A stretch of 40,232 nucleotides of DNA from an uncultured Nitrospiraceae bacterium (GTDB lineage Bacteria > Nitrospirota > Thermodesulfovibrionia > Thermodesulfovibrionales > UBA6898), in NCBI GenBank assembly GCA_963811165.1, contig CAWEQH010000002.1, forward strand, positions 1-40,232, written 5' to 3'. The position numbers were made by a program, and so were the translations under genes. Below are positions 30,839 to 40,232 of the stretch, one piece after another. Numbering within the stretch: the first letter of the stretch is position 1; each line of letters starts with the position of its first letter. Under the pieces are notes generated by a model. It was given only the letters and a program-made list of their open reading frames with translations, searched no databases and was not told the origin of the DNA.

Positions 30839-31869
30839 TCAAAGAGGTTCCCAATATTTTGACGGCATGTCCTGCGCAAGTTTGAGCGCGCCGTTCGGCA
30901 CCTGAAAACAAGGGGTCTTCAACGCACGAGACCTTGCATCAGCCGTCTTCCTTCAATGCGTCCTGGAGATACTCTTTAAGTCCCCTGATCAGACTGCCGC
31001 CGCCAGCCAGGACTATGTTGTTTTTGACCCTGATCTGGAATTCCGGATCGAACCGCGCAATCATCTCGGTCGTTGTCTCGACCAGGGCCGGAAGGATACT
31101 TTCGCAGGCGCGTCTTACCTCATTCTTTATATCGTGCATAACCGGTTTTCCGTCAACGGGGATCTCGACGCGGATATCCTCCGGCGTATCTCTGACGAAG
31201 CTGTAACTCTCTTTGAACTGCCTCACCATATTCTTATTGAACTTCGAATTGGGATATTTCTCGTTCAGGTAGCTGAAAAGCTGATCGTCGATATAATCAC
31301 CGGCATTAAGTATCGTCTTTTGGTCTTCCTCGGCAGGGATAGTGCCGTGCATAATGCAAAAGTCAGTCGTGCCGGCGCCGATATCTATCACCAGAGAGTT
31401 GTTCAGGAGGTTCATACCGTAGGCCACCGCAAAAGGCTCCGTGACAACCAGCAGGGAATGGACGAACTCCGCCACCGCCTTCCGTATCGCAAGCTTGTTC
31501 ACCTTAAGCGTGTCCGCGGGCACCCCGACCACCGCGAATATCTTTTGTTCGCCGGGAAGGGCCGGCGAGCTCAACCAGGTGCCGGATTATCTCTTTTACG
31601 GCCTCTTCGTTCTTATCGATCCCTTCCCTGATAACCCCGTGTTCGAGGGGCCGGCAGAGATCGAGTGAGAGCCTGTTTTGGAGCGCCTCTGCCCCGAACA
31701 GTACGGGCTTGCCGACCACCTGCATCGCGATAAAGTCCCTAGGCCATCCTACAAAGCTCTCTATCCACTCCTTCTTGTCGTTGCTTGCGGAGATCGAACT
31801 CCTGGACGTCCCCAGATCGATCCCGACATACAGGACATCATCTTTTTTCTGCATATCTTTCTGCCTCAT
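30839..31869 (-). CDS. mamK: MamK-family actin-like ATPase (two +1 frameshifts and one in-frame TGA in this sequence)
   Basis: Actin motifs GIDLGTS, EPFAVAYG, DIGAGTTD and LAGGGS. MamK-type segments are SFVGWPRD, LDLCRPLEHGVI, AVVGVPA, HGTIPAEEDQ, AGDYIDD, ACESILP, FDPEFQ, CVEDPLF and GALKLAQDMPSKYW. AAAGGAGA RBS before ATG 31869. Reconstructed length is ~340 aa. The symbol denotes family, not proven magnetosome function. Confidence 0.85.
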
Positions 31870-32917
31870 AGCCCGCTTCTCCTTTATTTAAGTAATCGAG
31901 TATTCCCTTCTCAAGATAATGGGCGATATTTTCCCTGTGGGCAGGGCTTTCCTAACTGCCGTTCCTCCTCCTTATTGCTGAGGCAGGAGACCTCGGCCAG
32001 CACGGCAGGCACGTCCACTCCAAGCAGCACGACAAAAGGCGCCCTCTTGACCCCGAAGTTTTGGGCATTGCCGTTTTCTTCTTTTTTCATGTTAAGGAAC
32101 ATTGTTTTTCTGGATCGCATAGGCAAGTTCTTTCGACTCCTGGGTCTTCGAGTTCTTTTTCACCAAGCTTCTCGATGATCTCTTTGAAGTCGCTCAAGCC
32201 ATACTGCGACCCTGCATTCTCCTGCTCCGCAAGCCGCTGAGTCTTGGAGTCCGCAGATCGGCCCGAATAATAAGTCTCGACGATATTGATCGGCTTGTAA
32301 GGCAGAGAATTGAGGTGGAGAAGCAGGATGGAAGAGTGAGCTTTTGCCGCCATCGCCACTTCCACTCTCCTGTTTAGCGGCACTGTGACATCCTGGTCGC
32401 GGGTCATGAGCACATTATAGCGTCCGTACTTGTCAAGACGTGAGTTCAACCTTTTTGCAATGTCCAGTGTCATGTCTTTTTCCCTGGTGCCCATTTTCCC
32501 CTGCGTGCCCGAGTCTGCCCCGCCGTGTCCGGCGTCTATCATGATCGTCTTCACACCCAGCCCGAAGGTGCGGCTCACCGACATATCGGGATTGGTGATA
32601 AAGGCCTTAAAATCCGCCGGATTCGAGGCATATTTCGGCGCCTGCGGCTGAGGGTTCCTGAACTTCAGCGCACTTGAGGCAAGCTGCTGTTCAGGGAAAA
32701 AAGAGTTCGAAACGTAGGAGCCCTGAACGAAGATGGCTGCCGTCGAGAAAAGCAGTAAAGTCAGAAGAAACTTATTGAAAATAAAAGACTTTTGACGAGA
32801 ACCAGGGCCTGATGGCCCTTCCCGTTCGATCCTCAGGTTATCCTCGTAGACACCCTTCAGGATTTCGTCCTTGATTTTGCAAGATGATTCTTTCTTTTCC
32901 TAGAAGATAGGCATCAT
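31838..32917 (-). CDS. N-acetylmuramoyl-L-alanine amidase (Amidase_3) with N-terminal membrane anchor (frameshifted; start uncertain)
   Basis: Zn-amidase motifs IDAGHGG, EKDMTL, LHLNS, GVKRAPFVVL and AVLAEVSCLSN. An upstream in-frame hydrophobic segment reads FLLTLLLFSTAAIFV. The reconstructed tail RENIAHYLEKGILDYLNKGE...KR* overlaps the mamK-like start. An in-frame TAG lies at 32900-32902. Confidence 0.82.
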
Positions 32918-33220
32918 AACGGTTAGAGACACTTTAACAATTTACAAGAAAAAATTCAATGGTGAAGCTCTCTTATAGCAGGCATGTCACTTGTCCTGTG
33001 CCCTCTGCAGCAAAAAATGTATCTTGTTCCAGGCCATGTTGTTAGCGCCTGTGCTTGCCCGCTATGTATATGTAATAGTAATGGCGCCGAGGGGAACCCT
33101 CTCCCAGGTTTTTCTCGCTCTTGCCTATCCCGAAGCCGAAATTCAAGAAATTCAGTCTCTGTCGTCCATTAATTCATATTCTTCAACTATAGAGTATTCA
33201 TCCTGAATCCGGAAAACAAT

Positions 33221-34271
33221 TTAAATTATGACCTGCATCTTCTTCAGGCCAAAGGCAGTTAGGTTCGTTAAGAGGAAGGATAGCATATAAATGATAATCA
33301 CTAGAAAAGAGAATAACAAATAATCTTCTAAGAGATTTAATTGAAGGTATCTAAAAAGAGGTAAAGTCTGAGTTAATAAAATATGATGAATTAGAAATGC
33401 TCCATAAGAATATACACTGAAAAAATTAACAATCTTCTTAAGAAATAAAATATCAAAAAAAGAGAGAGACACATGATAAACATATGAAAATGCAAATACC
33501 TTCTATAGCCGTCCTATAAAGGATAGGCATATTCGTTTCAACAGCCAAGAAAAAGAATATTCCTGCTATTCCTATTATGAAAACTTTTGACAATCCATGA
33601 GAGGGGTTATAGAAATAAACAAAACTCATGCCAAAGGCAAATTCGACTAACCGAGACAGCGGAAATCTGAGAATTTCCATATTCAGACAATAAAATCTTT
33701 CCGTCAAGATCATTATGAATACACAAAACAGAAAGGTGATCAATTGATTTGTCAAAAATAGACGCCGCAAAAAAGGAAAAATCATATACATGATGATGAT
33801 AAAGCCTAAAAACCATTCTCCCAGCAAATAAAAATTATTTACTCCATACCGCAAAAAACCATCTAGCCCCGCGATTGTAAGCAAGAAAGTTGCCAAATGT
33901 GCTTTTACAGGAACCGCTTGATATTTCAAGAATAATATTGAAAAAGTTATCACATAAGTAACCCAGAAAAGAGGATAAATGGAAAAAAACCTTTTTTTAA
34001 AAAAAGCCTTTGCCTCAAAGGTGTCTTTTGTGCTTACCATTAGTGAAGCTCCCGATAGAATAATGAAGAGTGACACTCCTATAAGTCCCCAAAAAGAGTG
34101 ATCCAAGCTAAACAGCGATTGAGGCCAGAAGACGATATTGTTCGTAATTCCCATTTCCAGGGCATGATAATTGTAATGAAAAATTATTATCAGTAATATT
34201 GAAATCGCTCTTAAAAAGTCAAGGTAGAAAAGTCTTTTCCCCTTCATCGTATGTAGTTTGACATTATCCAC
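33221..34271 (-). CDS. Acyltransferase family 3 (membrane O-acyltransferase), +1 frameshift in an A7 run at 33455-33461
   Basis: LDFLRAISILLIIIFH, GVSLFIILSG, KKRFFSIYP, WFL and SYGAFLIH, with many TM segments. Confidence 0.87.
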
Positions 34272-35283
34272 GAAGAAACTTTTTGATCTTCATTAAGAAG
34301 AAGTCCTTTTCCCAAACAGAGGTCATAATACTGTAAAGGTATTTATTATCGACTTTCACGGTTTTCATAATTTGTTTTCTCTTGCTCATCATGCTTGGAA
34401 AAAAAATGACAACGTCTCTTTTTGCCTTAAGATAAACCCTCAGTTTCCTATGCTTTACTGCAAAATAGATAAACTCAGATATGATGCCAAGGATAAATTC
34501 CGGGAAACACCTCAAGAAAAGAACAAATGAGATATTCTTGATTCTCACAAATTCGCTGTTCCTGAGGGTATAATAAACAGCCATATCGCTCATATGACCT
34601 ATCGATGAGCGAACCTTATGATAGACTACCGCGGTAGGTACGTAGAGGACCTGCCAACCTGCAAGCTGAGCCCTGAAGTTAAGATCGGTATCTTCGTGGA
34701 TCAGGAAAAAATCTTTGTCAAGAAAACCGATCTCATCGAGCATTTTCCGCCTGTAAAGTGCAGCACCTGCACAAGCACCGAAGACATATTCCTGGCTGTT
34801 ATAGTTGAGGCTGGCTTCCCCTTCTCCTCGTTTAAAGCCCTTCAGCGATGTTGAGTATCCGTCACCCGCACTATCTATGTTATCTGTTCCAAAAACAATC
34901 ATTTTAGAAGCGCAGATGCCCGTATCGGGACGCGCTTCCATCACTCTAACAAGATTATCGATCCATTCCCTGCCGGGTTCGGTGTCATTATTAAGGAGGG
35001 CTATATATTCGGCTTCCGTATACGCTAACCCCGCCAGATTACCACCAGCAAAGCCTGAGTTACCGTTTAAGGGGATTAATTTTACAGGATTTAAAGTGCT
35101 CATTTCTAAAAACTTTCGGATTTCATTTATTGAATTATCTGACGAGCCATTTTCAACAATGATAACCTCAAAGTCCTTAAAGCTCTGCTCCTCAATAGCT
35201 CTCAGACAATCTATCGTCAGGTCGCTCCCATTGTAATTGACAATAATTATGCTTACTTTGGGCATCTGCCTTGGTTGATGCAT
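34264..35283 (-). CDS. GT2 glycosyltransferase
   Basis: SIIIVNYNG, ENGSSD, NSGFAGGN, LLNNDT, GACAGAALYR and EDTDL. Confidence 0.92.
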   Translation of the reverse strand: MHQPRQMPKVSIIIVNYNGSDLTIDCLRAIEEQSFKDFEVIIVENGSSDNSINEIRKFLEMSTLNPVKLIPLNGNSGFAGGNLAGLAYTEAEYIALLNNDTEPGREWIDNLVRVMEARPDTGICASKMIVFGTDNIDSAGDGYSTSLKGFKRGEGEASLNYNSQEYVFGACAGAALYRRKMLDEIGFLDKDFFLIHEDTDLNFRAQLAGWQVLYVPTAVVYHKVRSSIGHMSDMAVYYTLRNSEFVRIKNISFVLFLRCFPEFILGIISEFIYFAVKHRKLRVYLKAKRDVVIFFPSMMSKRKQIMKTVKVDNKYLYSIMTSVWEKDFFLMKIKKFLRG

Positions 35284-35333
35284 GTCTGAATAATGAAGAT
35301 AGGGAGCCCGATCTCATTCATACGGGTTTGCAC

Positions 35334-37876
35334 TTAATACGAGGAAATTAAATATGAAACGTCATCGCTTTCGCTCTTAATGAATACCTTAATGATATTA
35401 AAGCCAGTATCTTTAGAAATTACTTCCTTTAAAACTGATCCCCCAACTTTAAACTCCCATCCCGAATTCAGACAATCAGCCCTATCAAAATGCTTTTCCA
35501 CATCCGGACGCGGCATCCCAAGCGTTGCCTTTCCCACAAGTTCAGCATTGGCATAAATGAAGATCTCCTTTACGGGGTCATTGATTCCTTTGCCTATAGC
35601 CCACCCGAAAATGGAGAGACCGCCATCCTGTGTCATCCAAACAGAATCAATGTTTCCCATAGGGTAATGGGTAGGCATCAAATTGTTCATCTGCGGAATA
35701 TTCTTTTTTGTAACCACATAAATATCCTGAAATCCGCGTAATTCTTTCTCCAGAAAATAAATATTGGCAATGCCTATTTTCTTGCCCAATCCCTCCACCC
35801 AATCTCGTTTTACAAAGGTAGATCCATATTCCTTTGAAGACAATGACCTGCTTTCGCTCCAATTAAAAAAGGTGAACCCTGACGGATCGATCTGAAGTCC
35901 TTCAGGGCACAACGATTCTCCATGCGTTGAAAAGATAAGGATTCCGTCATCGTCCAAAACGTTATAGAGAGTCGATAGCCACTCTTCAAAACGGTTTGCG
36001 GGAAGATGAGAAAATAGAGATCCTACATAAATTATCTCAAAGTTTCCGGGAAATACCAGGCGTGAAGGTTCTGTTTCAGAGTAAAACCCATTTACCATAA
36101 AATATTTCTTTTGAAAATCTACCGCGTCCTTGTAGATATCGCTTACCCATACTTTGGTGGACTCGATCTCTTGAATCAAGAACCTCGTAACCCTTCCGTA
36201 GCCGCATGCAAAGTCCAAAAAGGTTCTTACTTCTCGAAACGACTTTCCGCTAAACCGTATAATATTTTCAATGCTCTTAAAACATTCTCTGCCTATTATG
36301 AAATAGAGATATTTTGCCGTATCCTTCTGCTCGGTGCTATTTCTCGAAGTGATATACATCTCATCTTCCGGACTTATTACATCAACAAAAGTATTGGGGT
36401 TCTTCGCTGCCGTTTCGATGTAGGCATTCGCTAATTTTTCCTCTCTGTCAGTGAACAAATGTTGATTGATGACATGCCTGTCATTAGATCCTTTTGTCTT
36501 CTCCATACACTGTCTAATAAATCCTTTTATCTTTTCCATGCATTGTTTGTTAAAAGTCTCTTCCCAGCTCTGGCTCCAATGAACGTTGGCTCCGCTTACA
36601 CGGCTGTCATAATTTTCAATATTCTTTATTGCCCTCACGAGTCCATTTTCTATTCCTTCTGTTGTGGGTTCAGCCGGGATAATATTTGTCGAAGATTTCC
36701 CTAAGACGTTCTGCTGTTTTATTAGCAAAGGTATTTGTTATAACAAGCATCCCCGCTGCAGCCATTTCTAAAGGTACAATGCTTGGGTGTGGTGAAAGCA
36801 TCAAACTAAGGCCAATATCAAACCCCGGCAGCACCTCTTTATATTCGTTCAGACTCAGCTTCGGCAACAGTTTCATAGATACATTGTCATGAAGGATTAT
36901 CTTCTTGTTCTCTCCCTCTACACTGCCGATTCCATAGAACTCCCAGTTATCAACATCAAAATAACCACTTCCGATTACATTGGACAATGCGATCATTCCA
37001 AGCTCAAACATGTTTCGTGATGCATGTTCCTCAGGGCGTGCATAAAACAATAATTTCTTTTTTGCCCTACTCGCCATCTTGGTCTTGTCTAATTGAAATT
37101 TCAGAATCGCGTTCTCAATAGCAACAGACGATTCCTCACCGATTTGATGCCCGTCTCTAAATACTCCTAATCGATTCTGACTGAAATATTCTCTCAGTAT
37201 TTCCGTAGAAAACACCGCGTAATGAGGAAGATTATAGCTTTCCATCGCCAAAGCCGCAAATGATCCCATCGGGTAAAATATAGGTTCGAATTCCTGGCTG
37301 AGATATAGAAAGTTATGAGAATTGAGGTATTTTATAGCGTAATTTGCGATATGAGCCGTCCACCAGCTGGTCGCCATGAAAACATCTTTTCCGCTCACAT
37401 TTATTGGCTTTGACCTGAGGACAGCATATTCAACTTCAACATAATCAAAGAACCCTTCAAGTCCTTCGTATTTCTTAATCTCCTCTTTCCACACATCGGG
37501 TTCAAACTTACACTCATCGATAATTACCATTCTGACTTTAAATCCTTCTGCTGTCAGCTTTTTCGCAAGATTAAAGACCGATAGATATCCACCAAAGAAA
37601 TACTTAAAATTGATGATGGAAATCAGCATATTCACCCGTTCTGGTTCGCTGTCCACAATTTCAAGATTTAAGGGTGCAATCTTCTGTCTGATGAAATTGA
37701 TGACAGGATAATCCCGAAACGCTGAAGAATCTGCAGAATGATTTGTGCTGTCCACCACTTTTTCCCTTGCCTTCTTTAAGAAAAGCCCTGAATCCGTAAT
37801 TTCTTATATATAAAAAAGATTTTTGTGCAGTTAGTTTATTGAATAGCCTCAAAAATTTCAATACAGTTTCCGCCAT
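35334..37876 (-). CDS. Probable fusion of a WsaF-like GT-B glycosyltransferase and a class I methyltransferase (two +1 frameshifts, ~37765 and ~36695)
   Basis: ATG 37876 overlaps the upstream gene end. The GT part has FFGGY, ATSWWTA, QEFEPIFYP, FYARP and LSLMLSPHPSIVPLEMAAAG. It continues into EISTNIIPAEPT...WSQSWEETF, then FLDFACGYGRVTRFL and SLFSHLP (methyltransferase). Confidence 0.75.
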
Positions 37877-40232
37877 TGATCTGCTTCTCCTACGATTTTC
37901 TTAATGCATCTATAATATGCATTCATTAATCTATTTGCAAAAATACTCTTAAGCAGCAGGGAATCCATCCCAAGCGTGGTACAATCCTTATTAAGGAGTT
38001 TATCCTTTACGATCTGAAGAAAGATGCTTAACACTGACTTTTCAAAGCTGACAAATCTCTCTATGATTCTTCTTTTTTCCCCTGAAACATTGCTGCAACG
38101 CAGACGGAGCACATGAGCAATCATAACCCTTCGGGGATAATGATTATAATATTCGGCTTGATTATGCTTCAGCAAAGCTAAAATATCATTGAACCACCTT
38201 CTTATCGTTAACCTTTCTTTAAGGTTCTTCAGAAGTTCGATAAGTTCTTCCTGTGAGACCTTATTCTGTTTGACATAATGGCCCAACACATTACCTGAAT
38301 GCTGATAGTAATCATAAAGGGGTTTATCGTGATATTTTATTTTTCCCATAGCAAGTGCAACGCAGGCAATAAAATGATCATGATAAAAATCCCCTATTTT
38401 CGCAGGAAAGGGCAATAAGACATTCAGAAGCTCCTTCCGAAAAAGAGAGGCTGCTCCGGTAACCGTATTGGTAAGTATGAGAAGATCAAGTTCACTGAAA
38501 TTATTCTTCCTTGTCGTCCAATACGTATTGTATATAACGTTCCCTTCTGTATCCACAATATTCATATCGGAATACACTAAAGTTGTATCCTTATCAAAAA
38601 GAGCCATCAGGGTAGATAACTTGTCCTCATGCCAGTAATCATCCTGATCAGCGAGGGCCACAAAAGATGTCCCTTCCGGGACATAGGACAGACACCTCTC
38701 AAAGTTATGATAGAATCCCAGATTAGATGGGTTTCTGTATAATATAAAGCGCCTGTCTCCTGCAACAATATCTTTAACCTTTTCAAATATTTCAGGTTCA
38801 GAACAATCATCATTAATTATGCATACCCATTTTTTGTATGTCTGGCATATGATTGAATCTATCTGTTTCTTGAAGTATCTCAATGAAGGATTATAAGTAG
38901 TCATGCATATGGCAATTATAGGCTGCCCATATGACTTATCATCTATAGTGCGCATGGACGATGCAGCCGGGCTCATTTCCGGCTCGAGAGTGAGGCTTCC
39001 CATTGAAGATGTACATTTGTTTCCATTATAAAGCTCTGTTCTAATATCAAGGGTTATCTGGCGTGGAGAATCGATTTTAGTAAAGGGAATGATTACCCAA
39101 AACTTAGTCATGATACTATTTCCTTTACCATCTTCTTGAAAATGTGTCGGGGGGCCACTATCTTTAAGAAAAGAAAAGTGAGAAACCGGATACTCACCAC
39201 CGGCAGCAAGGACAACAATTTTTTTTACCCATTGAGACGGATGGTAACACCAGCCATGCAAAAAAAAGGCATTCCCTGCACCAACAATAAACGGCATTGA
39301 AAGGTTAGTTTCTATATGATAGGTCAGCTTCTCCTCAATAAATGTCTTTTTTTTTTCATCAGATTTGCCGGGATAAATACTATGAGATCAAAAACCCTCT
39401 TAACGAAATGTCTCCTAATAGAATTCGCAGGTAGAAGTTTGTCCCGGATCCTGTAAAATAGCGACAACGTCTTCCATCCGCGTGAGCTATAAATGCTCTG
39501 CAGAAGAAAATCTTTATCCTTTACTAAAGACTCAATGTTGGTTATTCGCTGGTCTCTTTGATCAATATGGTATGCGAGGTTGGTAATATACTGGTCTTTT
39601 CCCTTTATCACATCCCGCAGATTTTTCGCATAAACTTCAAGCTCTTTTATATGCCTACCTTTATCATTTTTATCTTTTTCAAGCTCCCTCAAATATACAT
39701 TCTGTTCTCTGAGAGCTTCAAGATTCTTGACGTGAACATCCTGATGACGGGCATGACATTCTCTTAAAATATTATCCATTCGCCCCTTGAAATGCATCCA
39801 TGAGCTCCAACTGACATATTCTTTGTTTCTTTCGAAAACTATAGAAGCAAACTTCTGGATGTCATATCTGCTTTCAAGGTAATTCTCGATGGAAGCAGCG
39901 TAAATATTATATTGGCAAGTAACTTTCTTCAGGTGCAGGAATTCATGGTTTCTTGAAATTAGAGTAAGCATTCGCCAATCTTCGTGTGTATGAAGATCCT
40001 CTTCGAACCGCCATTTGGTGAGCACATTCTTCTCAAACATAAGACACATGAACGGGATGTAGTTTTCGAACAATAACCTTTCCCTGTCAAAGTCCTCGGA
40101 ATACAGCCTTTCCTTTTTCTTGAGAACATATTCATCCGGAGCTGCTTGGATTTCATGAAAGGCGAGATACGAATCGGCATAAGCAACTTTATAATAATTG
40201 CCCTTGCTGAGTTCGCTGACAAGTGTATCAAC
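37858..40232 (-). CDS. Large multidomain GT2 glycosyltransferase (GT2 - coiled coil - GT2), 5'-truncated by the window, frameshift at a T10 run at 39347-39356
   Basis: The frame is open from the window end (LLFENYIP, HEDW), through a coiled coil and YSSRGWK. A shift at the homopolymer gives KKTFIEEKLTYHIETNLS-MPF, joining the 479-aa GT2 ORF (ICMTTYNP, DDCS, ALADQDDYW, NTVTGA, HD). Confidence 0.78.

Noticed and set aside
30939..30941. Selenocysteine recoding of the in-frame TGA
   Set aside because: The position is not a conserved Cys in MamK as I recall it, I recognised no SECIS hairpin, and local sequence quality is poor.
30839..31869. Annotation as mreB
   Set aside because: It lacks MreB hallmarks (DLGTANT, EPSVVA, RPxxDGVIADF, DIGGGT) and has no mreC/mreD neighbours. 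The motifs fit MamK.
23572..32917. Magnetosome gene cluster (TPR genes as mamA, cytochrome as mamP/E/T)
   Set aside because: Both TPR proteins have signal-like N-termini, unlike cytoplasmic MamA. No magnetochrome pairs, PDZ/HtrA, CDF transporters or LemA-like genes are visible. Only the actin is Mam-like.

Overview
Bacterial chromosomal window. Gene content suggests Desulfobacterota or Nitrospirota, but this is inference only. It has four blocks. (1) 0.2-11.7 kb: surface-glycan genes, namely a decayed GT2, three WbsX/GH99-like domains, two sulfotransferase domains, a methyltransferase and a divergent radical SAM gene. (2) 11.8-23.4 kb: a co-oriented minus-strand extracytoplasmic module. It runs SCO copper chaperone, monoheme cytochrome c/periplasmic-binding fusion, ~1640-aa MofA/OmpB-type multicopper oxidase, S8 subtilase, and a secreted S74 chaperone-fibre protein. 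(3) 23.6-29.6 kb: two TPR genes, wzm/wzt and two GT4 genes. (4) 29.6-40.2 kb: an apparent three-gene operon (Amidase_3, MamK-like actin, pseudo-receiver-TM-SPOR protein), then an AT-rich block of acyltransferase, glycosyltransferase and methyltransferase genes. The most striking feature is the MamK-family actin sitting between two peptidoglycan-related genes with no other magnetosome gene nearby. Many genes are split by single-base frameshifts, mostly +1 insertions, which look like long-read consensus errors; I rejoined those genes by eye. No rRNA, tRNA, CRISPR array or intact mobile element was recognised.
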